A program made the translations under genes and the position numbers. This document shows positions 11,648-21,637 of a stretch of DNA of 64,000 nucleotides, in pieces; position 1 is the first letter of the stretch, and each line of letters starts with the position of its first letter. The stretch spans positions 146,630 to 210,629 of the forward strand of contig CAYYPL010000001.1 of assembly GCA_964473555.1 (NCBI GenBank). The letters are read 5' to 3'. The notes under the pieces are model-generated. The model worked only from the letters and a program-made list of their open reading frames with translations, ran no database searches and was not told where the DNA came from. Source of the DNA: an uncultured Chitinophagales bacterium (GTDB lineage Bacteria > Bacteroidota > Rhodothermia > Balneolales > HLUCCA01).

Positions 11648-13978
11648 TTACCATCCCGTGCGGCGTGGATTTCTTTGATTTCCCTGCTCTATGTTCAACT
11701 CTGCTTCAAGTGGATCAGGGATGTATCCAGCTGGTTGTTCGAACCCGTCAAAACTCCAGTTTTTTCTATTGGATCGGATATTCTCAAGAATGAAATTCGC
11801 AACTATGGGAAGTGAAGTTCTGGCGCCTTGTCCAATAACCGTGTTCTCCGGAAACCGAATCCTTCGGTCCTCTCCCCCTACCCATGCACCCATAACCACG
11901 TGAGGCATTACTCCAATAAACCAGTTATCGGCTGAATTTTGAGTGGTTCCGGTTTTTCCACCAATGTCCTGGGTCACACCCATTCCCCGCAGCCTGACAC
12001 CGGTCCCAATGCCCCAATCACCGCCACGTATCACACCTCGCATCATATCGATCATGATGTAGGCGGTTTCAGGGCTTATGACCTCGCGACGTTCTTGTGG
12101 GAAATAATCTACCAATATGTTACCTGCTTTATCCTGAATGCGTGTAATTGCAATGGGTTCAATGTAAACACCCATATTGGCAAAGGTTGAGTAAGCACTG
12201 GTCATTTCAAGCAATGTTACATCTGCAGTTCCAAGTGCTATGGATGGTAAACTGTGCAGCTCTGATTTGTTAACGCCCAGATTTCGGGCCATATCAGAAA
12301 TTTTTTTTCCCGCAGGTTCTAAATCTTCAAGCCGATTGGTACCGGGAGCCCCAGCAAGTTCCGGAAGTAATCTAACGGTTACGTTGTTCAAACTTCGGGC
12401 GAATCCCTCTCTCATTGTAACCATTTCCGGTCCAGATATCGTGGTCTGATCTTTTGGTTCCCAAACTTGTCCACCTCTGCCAACAAAACTCACCGGATAG
12501 CGAGAAAATTTGTGGTACGGCTTGTATCCGTTGTCAATCGCAACGGCATATGCAAAAGGCTTAAACGTAGATCCAGCCTGACGTTTTGACATAAATACGT
12601 GGTCAAATTGAAACTTACTGTAATCGGTTCCACCGACCCAAGATAAAATGTGCCCATTTCTTGGGTCTATCGCAACAAAGCTTCCTTCAAGACGAGTTCT
12701 TGTACGTTTAACCTGATCTACGAACTGTTTGTTTTCTTTGAGTTTTGCCAAGGCCTCTGCTCTCGTTGAACCATTGGCGATCTCGGTGGCATATTCCTGG
12801 GTTTCGGCGATAAATGAGTCGAGAAATCCAGGGTACTGTCGCCACAAACGATCCATATAATCGCCATTCGGACTGGTCCATTCACGCTGGAAAATTCGTT
12901 GTAGGCTATCTATTTGATTGGAAACCACCTTCTCTGCAATTTTTTGCATTCCTGAATCGATCGTGGTGTAGATAACCAGACCATCACGATATAAATCGTA
13001 CCCATTCTCCTCGGCCCAACCCTGAACCTGTAGTCGAATATATTCTCCAAAATATCTGCTTGTTCGACGGGCAGTGAAAGGGGGATTATAATTCAGTTCA
13101 ATTTCCTGTTCCAGATTTGCCTGAAGTTCTTCACTTGTGATAAATCCGCGTCGTTCCATTTGAGATAGTACGATATTCCTGCGTCTTGTAGAGCGTTCCT
13201 TATTGGTACGAGGATTGTAAGCCGTAACGGCATTCAGGGAACCAATCAGAGTAGCCGCTTCGTTGACATCCAGCTCTTTAGCAGTTTTGCCATAGTGTGT
13301 AAATGCTGCGGCTTCAATACCAAATGAGCTGTTCGAATACTCAACGGTATTCAGGTACATCTCGAGGATTTCTCGTTTGGTGTAGTTTTTTTCAATCTGA
13401 ATGGCCGTGATCATCTCGCGGAGTTTTCGCGTAACGGTTACCTGTCGACCTATTTTGCGATATAAGTTTCGGGCCAATTGTTGGGTGATCGTTGATCCTC
13501 CTTGTATGTTTCCGCGAAGCAAATGATAGGGTATAGCTGCAGTCCTGATCACATCAATACCCCAATGCTCATAAAAACGGTGGTCCTCAACGGCAATCAA
13601 CGCATCAATCACATGAGGTGATATGTCAGCATAAGCAACGTAGGTCCGGTTTTCGGTGAAGTACTTATCCAAAACCACACCGTCTCTACTCATTACAAAT
13701 GAAGCTACATCCGTCTTTGGATTCTCGAGTTCTTCTATAGAAGGCAGACCCGCCATGAGATAAACAACAAACCCAATACCACTAAAGAGAAAAAACAAGA
13801 TAAATATAAACAGATATTTACGCGGAATATTGCTAAATAGCGACCCCTTTTTGACCATCTTTGGTGGCTTTTTTCCTCCTCCGTAGGCACCTGACTTTAT
13901 TTCGTCGAGTTTTTTTCGCCTGAAATTCTTGTCTGTCAGATATCGGTCGAGGTCGTTGTTGTCGTAGTTGTCTGCCAT
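11648..13978 (-). CDS. mrcA: Bifunctional class A penicillin-binding protein (PBP1A: glycosyltransferase + transpeptidase)
   Basis: N-terminal membrane anchor; GT51 motif EDHRFYEHWGID; transpeptidase motifs STFKP (SxxK), SLN (SxN) and KTGT. Confidence 0.93.
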   Translation of the reverse strand: MADNYDNNDLDRYLTDKNFRRKKLDEIKSGAYGGGKKPPKMVKKGSLFSNIPRKYLFIFILFFLFSGIGFVVYLMAGLPSIEELENPKTDVASFVMSRDGVVLDKYFTENRTYVAYADISPHVIDALIAVEDHRFYEHWGIDVIRTAAIPYHLLRGNIQGGSTITQQLARNLYRKIGRQVTVTRKLREMITAIQIEKNYTKREILEMYLNTVEYSNSSFGIEAAAFTHYGKTAKELDVNEAATLIGSLNAVTAYNPRTNKERSTRRRNIVLSQMERRGFITSEELQANLEQEIELNYNPPFTARRTSRYFGEYIRLQVQGWAEENGYDLYRDGLVIYTTIDSGMQKIAEKVVSNQIDSLQRIFQREWTSPNGDYMDRLWRQYPGFLDSFIAETQEYATEIANGSTRAEALAKLKENKQFVDQVKRTRTRLEGSFVAIDPRNGHILSWVGGTDYSKFQFDHVFMSKRQAGSTFKPFAYAVAIDNGYKPYHKFSRYPVSFVGRGGQVWEPKDQTTISGPEMVTMREGFARSLNNVTVRLLPELAGAPGTNRLEDLEPAGKKISDMARNLGVNKSELHSLPSIALGTADVTLLEMTSAYSTFANMGVYIEPIAITRIQDKAGNILVDYFPQERREVISPETAYIMIDMMRGVIRGGDWGIGTGVRLRGMGVTQDIGGKTGTTQNSADNWFIGVMPHVVMGAWVGGEDRRIRFPENTVIGQGARTSLPIVANFILENIRSNRKNWSFDGFEQPAGYIPDPLEAELNIEQGNQRNPRRTGW

Positions 13979-14779
13979 TTATAGTTCCAAATTCCCTGAT
14001 TCTAAGGGGATAAACGTTTGTTTCTGGTTGTCCCATCTAACGAGTTCGAACCTGTTATTAGTATACCTGATCAAGGATCGATGCTTGTAGAAACACCCGC
14101 TGTTAATGTACAGTTTATTGTTGTAATTCCGGAATCTTGGATGGTGATGGTGCCCCGCAATGACAACATCATATTCACCATTTTTTAGCATCTTTAGAGC
14201 CCACTCATCGATTCTTTTGGTCGTAGAAGCATTTCCTGAATCAAATTTCCTGTTGATCCTGGAAAACCATTTCATGATGAAGTTACCGGATTCAGCGTTG
14301 GTTGCAAATTTGAACAACCGGATGAAGGCTGTATTTCTTAGCATTCGATGCATCCATGGACGAGGCAGACCAAAACCAGGGTCGTTAAGACCGTCTCCAT
14401 GGGCTATGAATGTTTTTAAGGAACCGATTGTAGTCTGGAGCCCTTCATGAATTACCGTTAGGCCTTGTTTTTCAAGATACCCATCGTCCCAGTTATCGTG
14501 ATTCCCGGTCAGGTATACCACTGATTGTTGAGTATGATGGATGTAATTTTTGAGATGAATGATTCCTTGTTCAACTACTTCAGGGATGTTTCCGTTGTAT
14601 TCCATGTAATAGTCAAAAAGATCACCATTGATGATGAGTCCAGAAGCATTTCTCCAGGCAAATTCCACAATGGCTGCAAATTCGTCCAGTAATACCGAGT
14701 TCGTCGCATCATCGAATCCACCGAGATGGACGTCACTGATGATTATCCAGGATTCTGATCGACTTTTTGCCTGGGTCAT
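13979..14779 (-). CDS. lpxH: LpxH-family metallophosphoesterase (UDP-2,3-diacylglucosamine hydrolase-like)
   Basis: Calcineurin-like phosphoesterase motifs ISDVHLG, GDLFD, GNHDNW, AHGD and AGHHHH, with an inserted lid region as in LpxH. Its stop codon abuts the mrcA ATG (TAAATG). Confidence 0.65.
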   Translation of the reverse strand: MTQAKSRSESWIIISDVHLGGFDDATNSVLLDEFAAIVEFAWRNASGLIINGDLFDYYMEYNGNIPEVVEQGIIHLKNYIHHTQQSVVYLTGNHDNWDDGYLEKQGLTVIHEGLQTTIGSLKTFIAHGDGLNDPGFGLPRPWMHRMLRNTAFIRLFKFATNAESGNFIMKWFSRINRKFDSGNASTTKRIDEWALKMLKNGEYDVVIAGHHHHPRFRNYNNKLYINSGCFYKHRSLIRYTNNRFELVRWDNQKQTFIPLESGNLEL

Positions 14780-14782
14780 GGA

Positions 14783-15808
14783 TTATTTTTTGCGTGAAAT
14801 CACGAAATGAAGCAGGTCTTCCAGGTTGTGTCTGTCGTCTGATTCCGGGAATAATTGTAGATTCGAAATTGCTTTCGAGGCGTATACGTTCATTTGTTCC
14901 GCAGCATAGTGCACGCCACCTTTTTCCCGAACAAACTGGATGATCGCATTGATATCATCCGGTGTTTTGTTGTGCTTACGGTACATACTTCTGTATTTTC
15001 GCCGCTCGAAAAATGAAACCTGTGAGAGTGCGTAAATGACAGGTAGCGTCATTTTACGCTCGATAATGTCATTGGCAGTGGTTTTACCGGTATGTTCGTT
15101 TCCGAAATCAAACAGGTCATCTCTGATTTGAAATGCAATTCCAATATTCAGACCAAAATCTCGCATAGCCTCGCGCTCAGCAACTCCACATCCTGTGCTG
15201 ATTGCTCCACACTCACAACAAGCAGAGATCAAACTGGCTGTTTTTTCGGAAATAACTTTAAAATAACGATCTTCAGTCATGTTCTGGAGTTTGCTGGCTT
15301 TTAGCTGACGCAGTTCACCCTCACTCATGCGTTTCACCGCTGTAGAAAGTACCTTCAGGAGTTCGAATTCGTCACTGTCCAGGGCGACTAACAGGCCTTT
15401 TGCCAGCAGATAATCACCCAGTAATACGCTTGCTTTGTTTTTCCATATCTTATTGATGCTCATGAATCCCCTGCGCTCATCTGCTTCATCAACAACGTCA
15501 TCATGGATCAGCGTAGCAGCGTGCAGTAATTCGATCATGGTCGCTGCTACATAGGTGCGTTCATTTACTTGTCCGCACAGTCGTGCAGATAGAAATACCA
15601 GTGCAGGACGAAGTTCTTTACCTTTGGTCTTGAGCAGGTATTTAACGATCTGATCGAGGAGAAACACCTCCGACTTGACAGATTTTCGGAAAAATGTTCG
15701 AAATTGACTCAGATTCTCGGTGATGGGGCGTTGTATATCAGAAAGATCAACTTTTCTGACCCTCAACGCGTTTTCAGAAATAGTATTTACGGGGTCGTAA
15801 GCCGACAT
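14783..15808 (-). CDS. ispB: Long-chain polyprenyl diphosphate synthase (octaprenyl-type)
   Basis: Both aspartate-rich motifs are present: LIHDDVVDEADERRG and FQIRDDLFD. 341 aa, typical of IspB-type trans-prenyltransferases. Confidence 0.82.
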   Translation of the reverse strand: MSAYDPVNTISENALRVRKVDLSDIQRPITENLSQFRTFFRKSVKSEVFLLDQIVKYLLKTKGKELRPALVFLSARLCGQVNERTYVAATMIELLHAATLIHDDVVDEADERRGFMSINKIWKNKASVLLGDYLLAKGLLVALDSDEFELLKVLSTAVKRMSEGELRQLKASKLQNMTEDRYFKVISEKTASLISACCECGAISTGCGVAEREAMRDFGLNIGIAFQIRDDLFDFGNEHTGKTTANDIIERKMTLPVIYALSQVSFFERRKYRSMYRKHNKTPDDINAIIQFVREKGGVHYAAEQMNVYASKAISNLQLFPESDDRHNLEDLLHFVISRKK

Positions 15809-15946
15809 TTTGGATTTTTTAAAAAATTAATACCGTTTAAGCTGAAATATGCAGATTTTATGGGCTGTCTGAACGGTATCAAAACACCGTTAACATGATG
15901 TGCTAAAGTTCAGCAATCTATCATTAAAAACATAACACAGAAAACA

Positions 15947-16924
15947 TTGAAAACGATCAAAAGAATCGGAGTTTTTACCAGCGGGGGAGACTCACCAGGG
16001 ATGAATGCTGCTGTTCGGGCCGTAGTTAGGACCGCCCGGGCAAACGATATTGAAGTTGTGGGAATCAGGTACGGATATCAGGGGATGATCAAGGGCGATT
16101 TTGTTGATATGGATAGCACCTCTGTTTCAAATATCATTCAACAGGGCGGTACCATTCTCAAATCAGCTCGTTCCGATGAGTTCAGAACAAAAGAAGGGCG
16201 TGAGAAAGCCATTGCCAACGTACGAAACTACGGTATCGATGCGTTGGTCGCAATCGGTGGTGATGGTACCTTCCAGGGAGCTACCAAGTTCAATGAAGAG
16301 TTCGGGATACCTGTGGTTGGGGTTCCGGGAACCATTGATAATGATCTTGCCGGTACAGATGAGACGATTGGCTACGATACCGCACTAAACACAGCCATGG
16401 AAGCAATCGATAAAATACGCGATACGGCCGATGCCCACGAACGTCTGTTTTTGGTGGAGGTGATGGGGCGTGAGGCTGGGTTCATTGCGCTGGAAACTGG
16501 AATCGCAGGGGGTGCCGAGTTGATTTTACTCCCTGAGACATTGACTGAAATCGGTGATATCAAATCTTCTCTGAATGAGGTGTTTCGTGCCCAACGACGA
16601 AGCAGCCTGGTTGTAGTTGCTGAAGGGGATGAAACGGGCGGAGCGTACAAACTAAGTGAAAATCTCAAAGAGGACTTTGGTAAGTACGAGATGAGAGTGT
16701 GTATACTCGGACATATTCAGCGAGGTGGATCTCCAACCGCCCGTGACAGAGTATTGGCAAGCCGACTGGGATCTGCAGCAGTTCAGACGTTATTGGATGG
16801 GCATTACAACGCTATGGTTGGTGTCGTAAATAACGAAATCAAGGTGACACCCATGAAGAATACCTGGTCCAAGAAAAAAAGCATCAATTATGAACTGCTT
16901 GAACTGGCAAAACTCCTAAGCTGA
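15947..16924 (+). CDS. pfkA: ATP-dependent 6-phosphofructokinase
   Basis: IGVFTSGGDSPGMNAA, GGDGT, PGTIDND and MGR motifs. TTG start. Confidence 0.93.
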   Translation: MKTIKRIGVFTSGGDSPGMNAAVRAVVRTARANDIEVVGIRYGYQGMIKGDFVDMDSTSVSNIIQQGGTILKSARSDEFRTKEGREKAIANVRNYGIDALVAIGGDGTFQGATKFNEEFGIPVVGVPGTIDNDLAGTDETIGYDTALNTAMEAIDKIRDTADAHERLFLVEVMGREAGFIALETGIAGGAELILLPETLTEIGDIKSSLNEVFRAQRRSSLVVVAEGDETGGAYKLSENLKEDFGKYEMRVCILGHIQRGGSPTARDRVLASRLGSAAVQTLLDGHYNAMVGVVNNEIKVTPMKNTWSKKKSINYELLELAKLLS

Positions 16925-16928
16925 TAAT

Positions 16929-18218
16929 ATGATCCATATAGATACATCCGCAGCCCGAAGTTTTTTGAAGGCTGAAACGCTGAATGTTGCTCACAATTTA
17001 AGTGTTGAATCCTTGCTTGCCGTTCAGACAAAATCCGGTAAAGGACCCGAATGGCTGGGTTGGCGTGATATTCTGGCTCGTCCGAATGATGCCCTGCTTG
17101 GTGAACTGGAATCTGTGGCTGAAGAAATCCGACACGACGCAGATGTCTTCATCGTGTGCGGAATTGGTGGTTCCTACCTGGGAGCCAAAGCCGTGATTGA
17201 TGCCTTGGGACCTTTATTCTCAGGCAAAGGTCCGGAGGTTGTGTACGCGGGACACCACATTAGTGGCAGATATCTGAAAGAGCTGATCGGATATCTTGAT
17301 GCGCCGAAACCTGATGGGAAGCCAAAAAGCGTCTATGTCAATGTCATTTCCAAATCAGGAACGACAACAGAGACGGCAATAGCTTTTCGCGTACTCAGAG
17401 AATGGATACACAGAACCTTTCCCAATGATGCCCAAAAACGGATCGTTTGCACGACAAGTGAATCTGGAGGTGCGCTGAACAAAATTGTCGAAGCCAATGG
17501 ATACAAGAAATTCATTCTTCCAGATAACATCGGTGGTCGATTTTCTGTGATGACCCCAGTAGGTTTGTTACCCATTGCCGTTGCCGGACATGACATTCGT
17601 GCATTGTATTACGGAGCGGTTTCGGCATATCGCAACTTAGAACAAGATGCACAGGCCCTCATTGACTATACTTCGGTCAGGACAGCTCTTTACATGGAGG
17701 GATTCGCCATAGATGTCATATCCACTTTCGAACCGGAGCTGACCTCCATTGGAGGTTGGATGCAGCAGCTCATGGGCGAGAGTGAAGGAAAAAACCATAA
17801 AGGGCTGTATCCAGCTGTTCATACATATTCTACAGATTTACACAGCCTGGGACAAATGGTCCAGGATGGCCAACGCAACATGTTCGAGACATTTTTGGTC
17901 GTTGACGAAGACGAAGTCGGGTTTGAATTAACCATCGATGAGGATAATCACGATGGACTAAATTATCTTTCCGGAAAAACGTTGCATGACATCAATTCTA
18001 AAGCATGGTTAGGAACTACCCAGGCACATATTGCCGGTGGGGTACCTGTAATTCAGGTACACTTATCCCGAGTGGATGAAGACTCCATTGGTTCACTTTT
18101 GTACTTCCTGGAACTTGCAACGGCTGTTTATGTGTATAATCTGGGAGAGAATCCTTTTGATCAACCTGGAGTCGAAGACTATAAGAAGGCCATGTTCAAG
18201 CTACTTGGTAAGCCCTGA
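16929..18218 (+). CDS. pgi: Glucose-6-phosphate isomerase (short bacterial type)
   Basis: SIS-domain motifs GIGGSYLGAKAV and ISKSGTTTET. 4 nt downstream of pfkA. Confidence 0.9.
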   Translation: MIHIDTSAARSFLKAETLNVAHNLSVESLLAVQTKSGKGPEWLGWRDILARPNDALLGELESVAEEIRHDADVFIVCGIGGSYLGAKAVIDALGPLFSGKGPEVVYAGHHISGRYLKELIGYLDAPKPDGKPKSVYVNVISKSGTTTETAIAFRVLREWIHRTFPNDAQKRIVCTTSESGGALNKIVEANGYKKFILPDNIGGRFSVMTPVGLLPIAVAGHDIRALYYGAVSAYRNLEQDAQALIDYTSVRTALYMEGFAIDVISTFEPELTSIGGWMQQLMGESEGKNHKGLYPAVHTYSTDLHSLGQMVQDGQRNMFETFLVVDEDEVGFELTIDEDNHDGLNYLSGKTLHDINSKAWLGTTQAHIAGGVPVIQVHLSRVDEDSIGSLLYFLELATAVYVYNLGENPFDQPGVEDYKKAMFKLLGKP

Positions 18219-18235
18219 TTTTAATTTATTTATCC

Positions 18236-18886
18236 ATGAGTACATCAACCAAGAAATCTGAATTTCGATACATTGCACTGGCTGGTAATATCGGTGCCGG
18301 GAAGTCATCACTCACCGGATTATTGTCCAAGCATTTTGGGTGGGATGCCTATTATGAGTCTGTGGAAGATAATCCATATCTGGCAGATTTTTATGAAGAT
18401 ATGAGAAGATGGAGTTTTAATCTCCAAATCTATTTCTTATCGGCAAGGTTTAGAAATCAAAAACACATGCTTGGCGAGCGTTCCAGTTTCATCCAGGACA
18501 GGACCATTTACGAAGATGTCGAGATTTTTGCGCGAAACCTGTACGAAATGGGACTCATGAGTGAAAGAGACTATATCAATTATAGGGATTTATTCCATGA
18601 GATGAGTGACTATTTGCGTCCGCCAGACTTACTGATTTACTTACGTGCTAAAGTGCCCACGTTGGTCCGTCAGATACAACAAAGAGGCCGTGATTACGAA
18701 AATTCTATCCGAATCGATTATCTTGAGCGCCTGAACGGACTCTACGAAGCATGGATCGATCGTTATACACATGAGAAGCTGATTATTGAGACTGATGAGC
18801 TCGATTTTGTGAACAATAAAGAAGATCTGGGTAAAGTCATTTCCTTGATTGAGCAGAGAATGTTTGGCTTATTTTCGGAATCTTGA
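18236..18886 (+). CDS. Deoxynucleoside kinase (dAK/dGK family)
   Basis: P-loop GNIGAGKSS, DR(T)IYED and arginine-rich lid (RQIQQRGRDYE), all typical of the dNK family. Confidence 0.85.
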   Translation: MSTSTKKSEFRYIALAGNIGAGKSSLTGLLSKHFGWDAYYESVEDNPYLADFYEDMRRWSFNLQIYFLSARFRNQKHMLGERSSFIQDRTIYEDVEIFARNLYEMGLMSERDYINYRDLFHEMSDYLRPPDLLIYLRAKVPTLVRQIQQRGRDYENSIRIDYLERLNGLYEAWIDRYTHEKLIIETDELDFVNNKEDLGKVISLIEQRMFGLFSES

Positions 18887-18934
18887 ATTTGAGCTGATAT
18901 TATCGTAGTTTATGGGGCTTTAGATCATGCGAAC

Positions 18935-19429
18935 ATGTTATCCTTTAAAATAAACGAAATCCCAAAGGGAAAGTCATCCGAAAGAGTATCGATCTTGAAC
19001 GATGAACTTGATCTGAACGGAGTGGAATTCCGAGACCTTGAGCTTGAAGTAGCTTTTGAGAAACGTGAGTTTGCTATTGTGGTATCGTTTGAATTTGATG
19101 GAGAAGTGAAGTTGACCTGCGATCGTTCTTTGGATGAATACTGGCAATCACTAAGCGGTTCGTACTCGATTTTGTTTAAAGAAGGCGCCCAGGAGGAATC
19201 CGAAGACGCTCAAATGTCGGTTCGACGTTTAGATATATCAGGAAATATCATTAACATTAAGCACGAAGTTAGAGACACCGTTTTATTGTCGATACCACTT
19301 CGGAAGATACACCCCAGATATTTTGATGAGAACGGCGAATTGATGGATCTGGAAGTGCAGACACAGGACAACCCAGAAATGGATTCCCGGTGGGAAGCAC
19401 TCAAGAAATTAAAAGAAACCAACCAGTAA
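18935..19429 (+). CDS. yceD: YceD/DUF177 family protein
   Basis: 164 aa, acidic, with a C-terminal region typical of DUF177. It sits in the conserved position immediately upstream of rpmF-plsX. Confidence 0.75.
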   Translation: MLSFKINEIPKGKSSERVSILNDELDLNGVEFRDLELEVAFEKREFAIVVSFEFDGEVKLTCDRSLDEYWQSLSGSYSILFKEGAQEESEDAQMSVRRLDISGNIINIKHEVRDTVLLSIPLRKIHPRYFDENGELMDLEVQTQDNPEMDSRWEALKKLKETNQ

Positions 19430-19445
19430 TCATTTACTACTTACA

Positions 19446-19625
19446 ATGGCACATCCTAAACGAAAAATTTCCAAATCCCGCCGTGACAAGCGCCGTACCC
19501 ACCACGGTATCGAGCCTGTAACCCTATCCATTTGCTCAAATTGTGGTGCGGTTCACCGTGCACATCACGCCTGTGGCTCATGCGGATACTACCGTGGCCG
19601 CCAGGTTCTTGAAGTGAAAGCCTAA
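19446..19625 (+). CDS. rpmF: 50S ribosomal protein L32
   Basis: Found by reading the gap (59 aa, below the ORF-track cutoff): MAHPKRKISKSRRDKRRTHH...CSNCG...HHACGSCGYYRGRQV. It has the L32 N-terminal signature and a CxxC...CxxC zinc ribbon. Confidence 0.93.
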   Translation: MAHPKRKISKSRRDKRRTHHGIEPVTLSICSNCGAVHRAHHACGSCGYYRGRQVLEVKA

Positions 19626-19647
19626 ATTCAATTCACATTGACTTCTT

Positions 19648-20640
19648 ATGATCAAAGTAGCTGTTGATGCCGTAGGGGGAGACTACTATCCACAAAATCC
19701 AGTTCAAGGTGCAATCCAAGCGGTAAGCGAGGACAAAAACCTGACTATTGTGTTGGTTGGTCCCGAAGAAATGATTAAAGAGGAATTGGTAAAACAGGAA
19801 TATTCTGGTGACAGGATATTGGTTTTCCATGCTCCTGACATCATCACAATGGACGATTCACCAGCTAGCGCAGTCAAAGGAAAGCCACAATCTTCTATTC
19901 CAGTGGGACTGACCCTTCATGCCAAGGGTCATTGCCATGCTTTTGTAAGTGCTGGTAACACAGGAGCCTTGCTGGCTGCATCGGCATTTATTCTTGGTCG
20001 ATTAGAGGGTGTACTACGCCCAACGATTTCTACACTGTTTCCCACAGTAGATGGTTTCAGATTGATGGTTGATGTTGGTGCTAATCTGGAGGCCAAGCCT
20101 GAAATGTTGTATCAGTTTGCACTGATGGCTGAGGTTTATGCTCATTATGTAATGGGTATTGAAACACCTCGAATCGGACTGTTAAATGTTGGTGAAGAAG
20201 AAGAAAAAGGGACCGAAACTATTCGTAAAACCTACGATTTGTTACGAGCTCACCCGCGATTTGTCGGAAACGTAGAAGGACGCGATATCCTATCCGGGGC
20301 TGCAGATGTATTTGTATGCGATGGTTTTGTTGGAAATATTCTTCTTAAATTCGGGGAGTCTTTTCCCGAAGCATTACAACTGCTGGTAAAAAAAGCGATA
20401 GTCCGCCATCAAATGCAACCTGAACACGCCAAATTGATTGGTGGCATTTTAAAAGAAGCTCTCGCGCAATTTGATTATGAATCTGTAGGAGGGGTACCTT
20501 TCCTAGGGGTAAATGGGGTAAGTCTGGTAGGACACGGTGGGAGTTCTCCGTTGGCGATCAAGAACATGATCCATAATGCGGTAAGAATGCATACTTCCGG
20601 GGTCAATGAGAAGATCGTAGCTTACCTGAACACAAAATAA
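19648..20640 (+). CDS. plsX: Phosphate acyltransferase PlsX
   Basis: 330 aa; MIKVAVDAVGGD..., SAGNTGA and GFVGNILLK motifs typical of PlsX. Context is rpmF-plsX-fabH. Confidence 0.93.
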   Translation: MIKVAVDAVGGDYYPQNPVQGAIQAVSEDKNLTIVLVGPEEMIKEELVKQEYSGDRILVFHAPDIITMDDSPASAVKGKPQSSIPVGLTLHAKGHCHAFVSAGNTGALLAASAFILGRLEGVLRPTISTLFPTVDGFRLMVDVGANLEAKPEMLYQFALMAEVYAHYVMGIETPRIGLLNVGEEEEKGTETIRKTYDLLRAHPRFVGNVEGRDILSGAADVFVCDGFVGNILLKFGESFPEALQLLVKKAIVRHQMQPEHAKLIGGILKEALAQFDYESVGGVPFLGVNGVSLVGHGGSSPLAIKNMIHNAVRMHTSGVNEKIVAYLNTK

Positions 20641-20646
20641 TTTTAC

Positions 20647-21633
20647 ATGTCAACATCTGTTAAAGCCAGAATCGTCTCGGTTGGACATTTTCTACCCGAA
20701 GACAAAATGACGAATGCTGATCTAGAGAAACTCGTTGATACGAATGATGAGTGGATCCGAACCAGAACGGGAATTTCTGAGCGAAGAGTTTTAAAGGATC
20801 CATCCAAGGCCACCTCTCATATGGCTACTGAAGCCGCAAAAGAGGCATTGCAGGCCGGTAACATTGATCCATCATCCATTGAATGTATCATAGTAGCAAC
20901 AGTTACTCCCGATTACATGTTTCCTGCTACGGCTTGTCTTGTACAGAAAAAATTAGGCTGTACTCAGGCTTATGGATTTGACATTCTGGCAGCCTGTTCT
21001 GGCTTTATATATGCGCTTTCTACTGCTTCCATGTTCATAGAATCGGGTCGGTATAAGCGGATTCTTGTTATCGGGGCCGACAAAATGACTTCAATTCTTG
21101 ATTATACCGATCGAGCCACGTGTATTATTTTTGGTGACGGAGCCGGGGCTGTTGTTGTTGAGGCCTCAACCGATGGTACTGGTATCCAGGATTTCATACA
21201 GCGAGTAGATGGAGATGACCAGGAGTTGCTGTGTATGCGTGGTGGCGGAAGTGTGAATCCCGCTTCGCATGCAACCATTGAAGCAAAGATGCATTACCTG
21301 CAACAAGACGGAAAGACGGTTTTTAAAAAAGCAACGGAAGCAATGGCCGACATTTCGCTTGAAATCATGGAGCGAAACAATTTGTCTGCTGAAGATGTTG
21401 CCTGGTTGGTACCACATCAAGCAAATCAACGTATTATCGATGCTACTGCACGTAGAATGGGAGTTGGAAACGACAAAGTCATGTCGAACATCCAATTTTA
21501 TGGTAATACTACTGCTGCTACCATTCCGCTTTGTTTATACGATTGGAAAGACAAGCTCAAGCATGGCGATAATCTGATTTTGTCGGCGTTTGGCGGTGGA
21601 TTTACTGCCGGATCGCTCTACTTAAAATGGTAA
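20647..21633 (+). CDS. fabH: 3-oxoacyl-ACP synthase III
   Basis: Active-site AACSGF, a later H and N (VPHQANQRI; GNTTAATIP), 328 aa. Confidence 0.95.
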   Translation: MSTSVKARIVSVGHFLPEDKMTNADLEKLVDTNDEWIRTRTGISERRVLKDPSKATSHMATEAAKEALQAGNIDPSSIECIIVATVTPDYMFPATACLVQKKLGCTQAYGFDILAACSGFIYALSTASMFIESGRYKRILVIGADKMTSILDYTDRATCIIFGDGAGAVVVEASTDGTGIQDFIQRVDGDDQELLCMRGGGSVNPASHATIEAKMHYLQQDGKTVFKKATEAMADISLEIMERNNLSAEDVAWLVPHQANQRIIDATARRMGVGNDKVMSNIQFYGNTTAATIPLCLYDWKDKLKHGDNLILSAFGGGFTAGSLYLKW

Positions 21634-21637
21634 ATGA

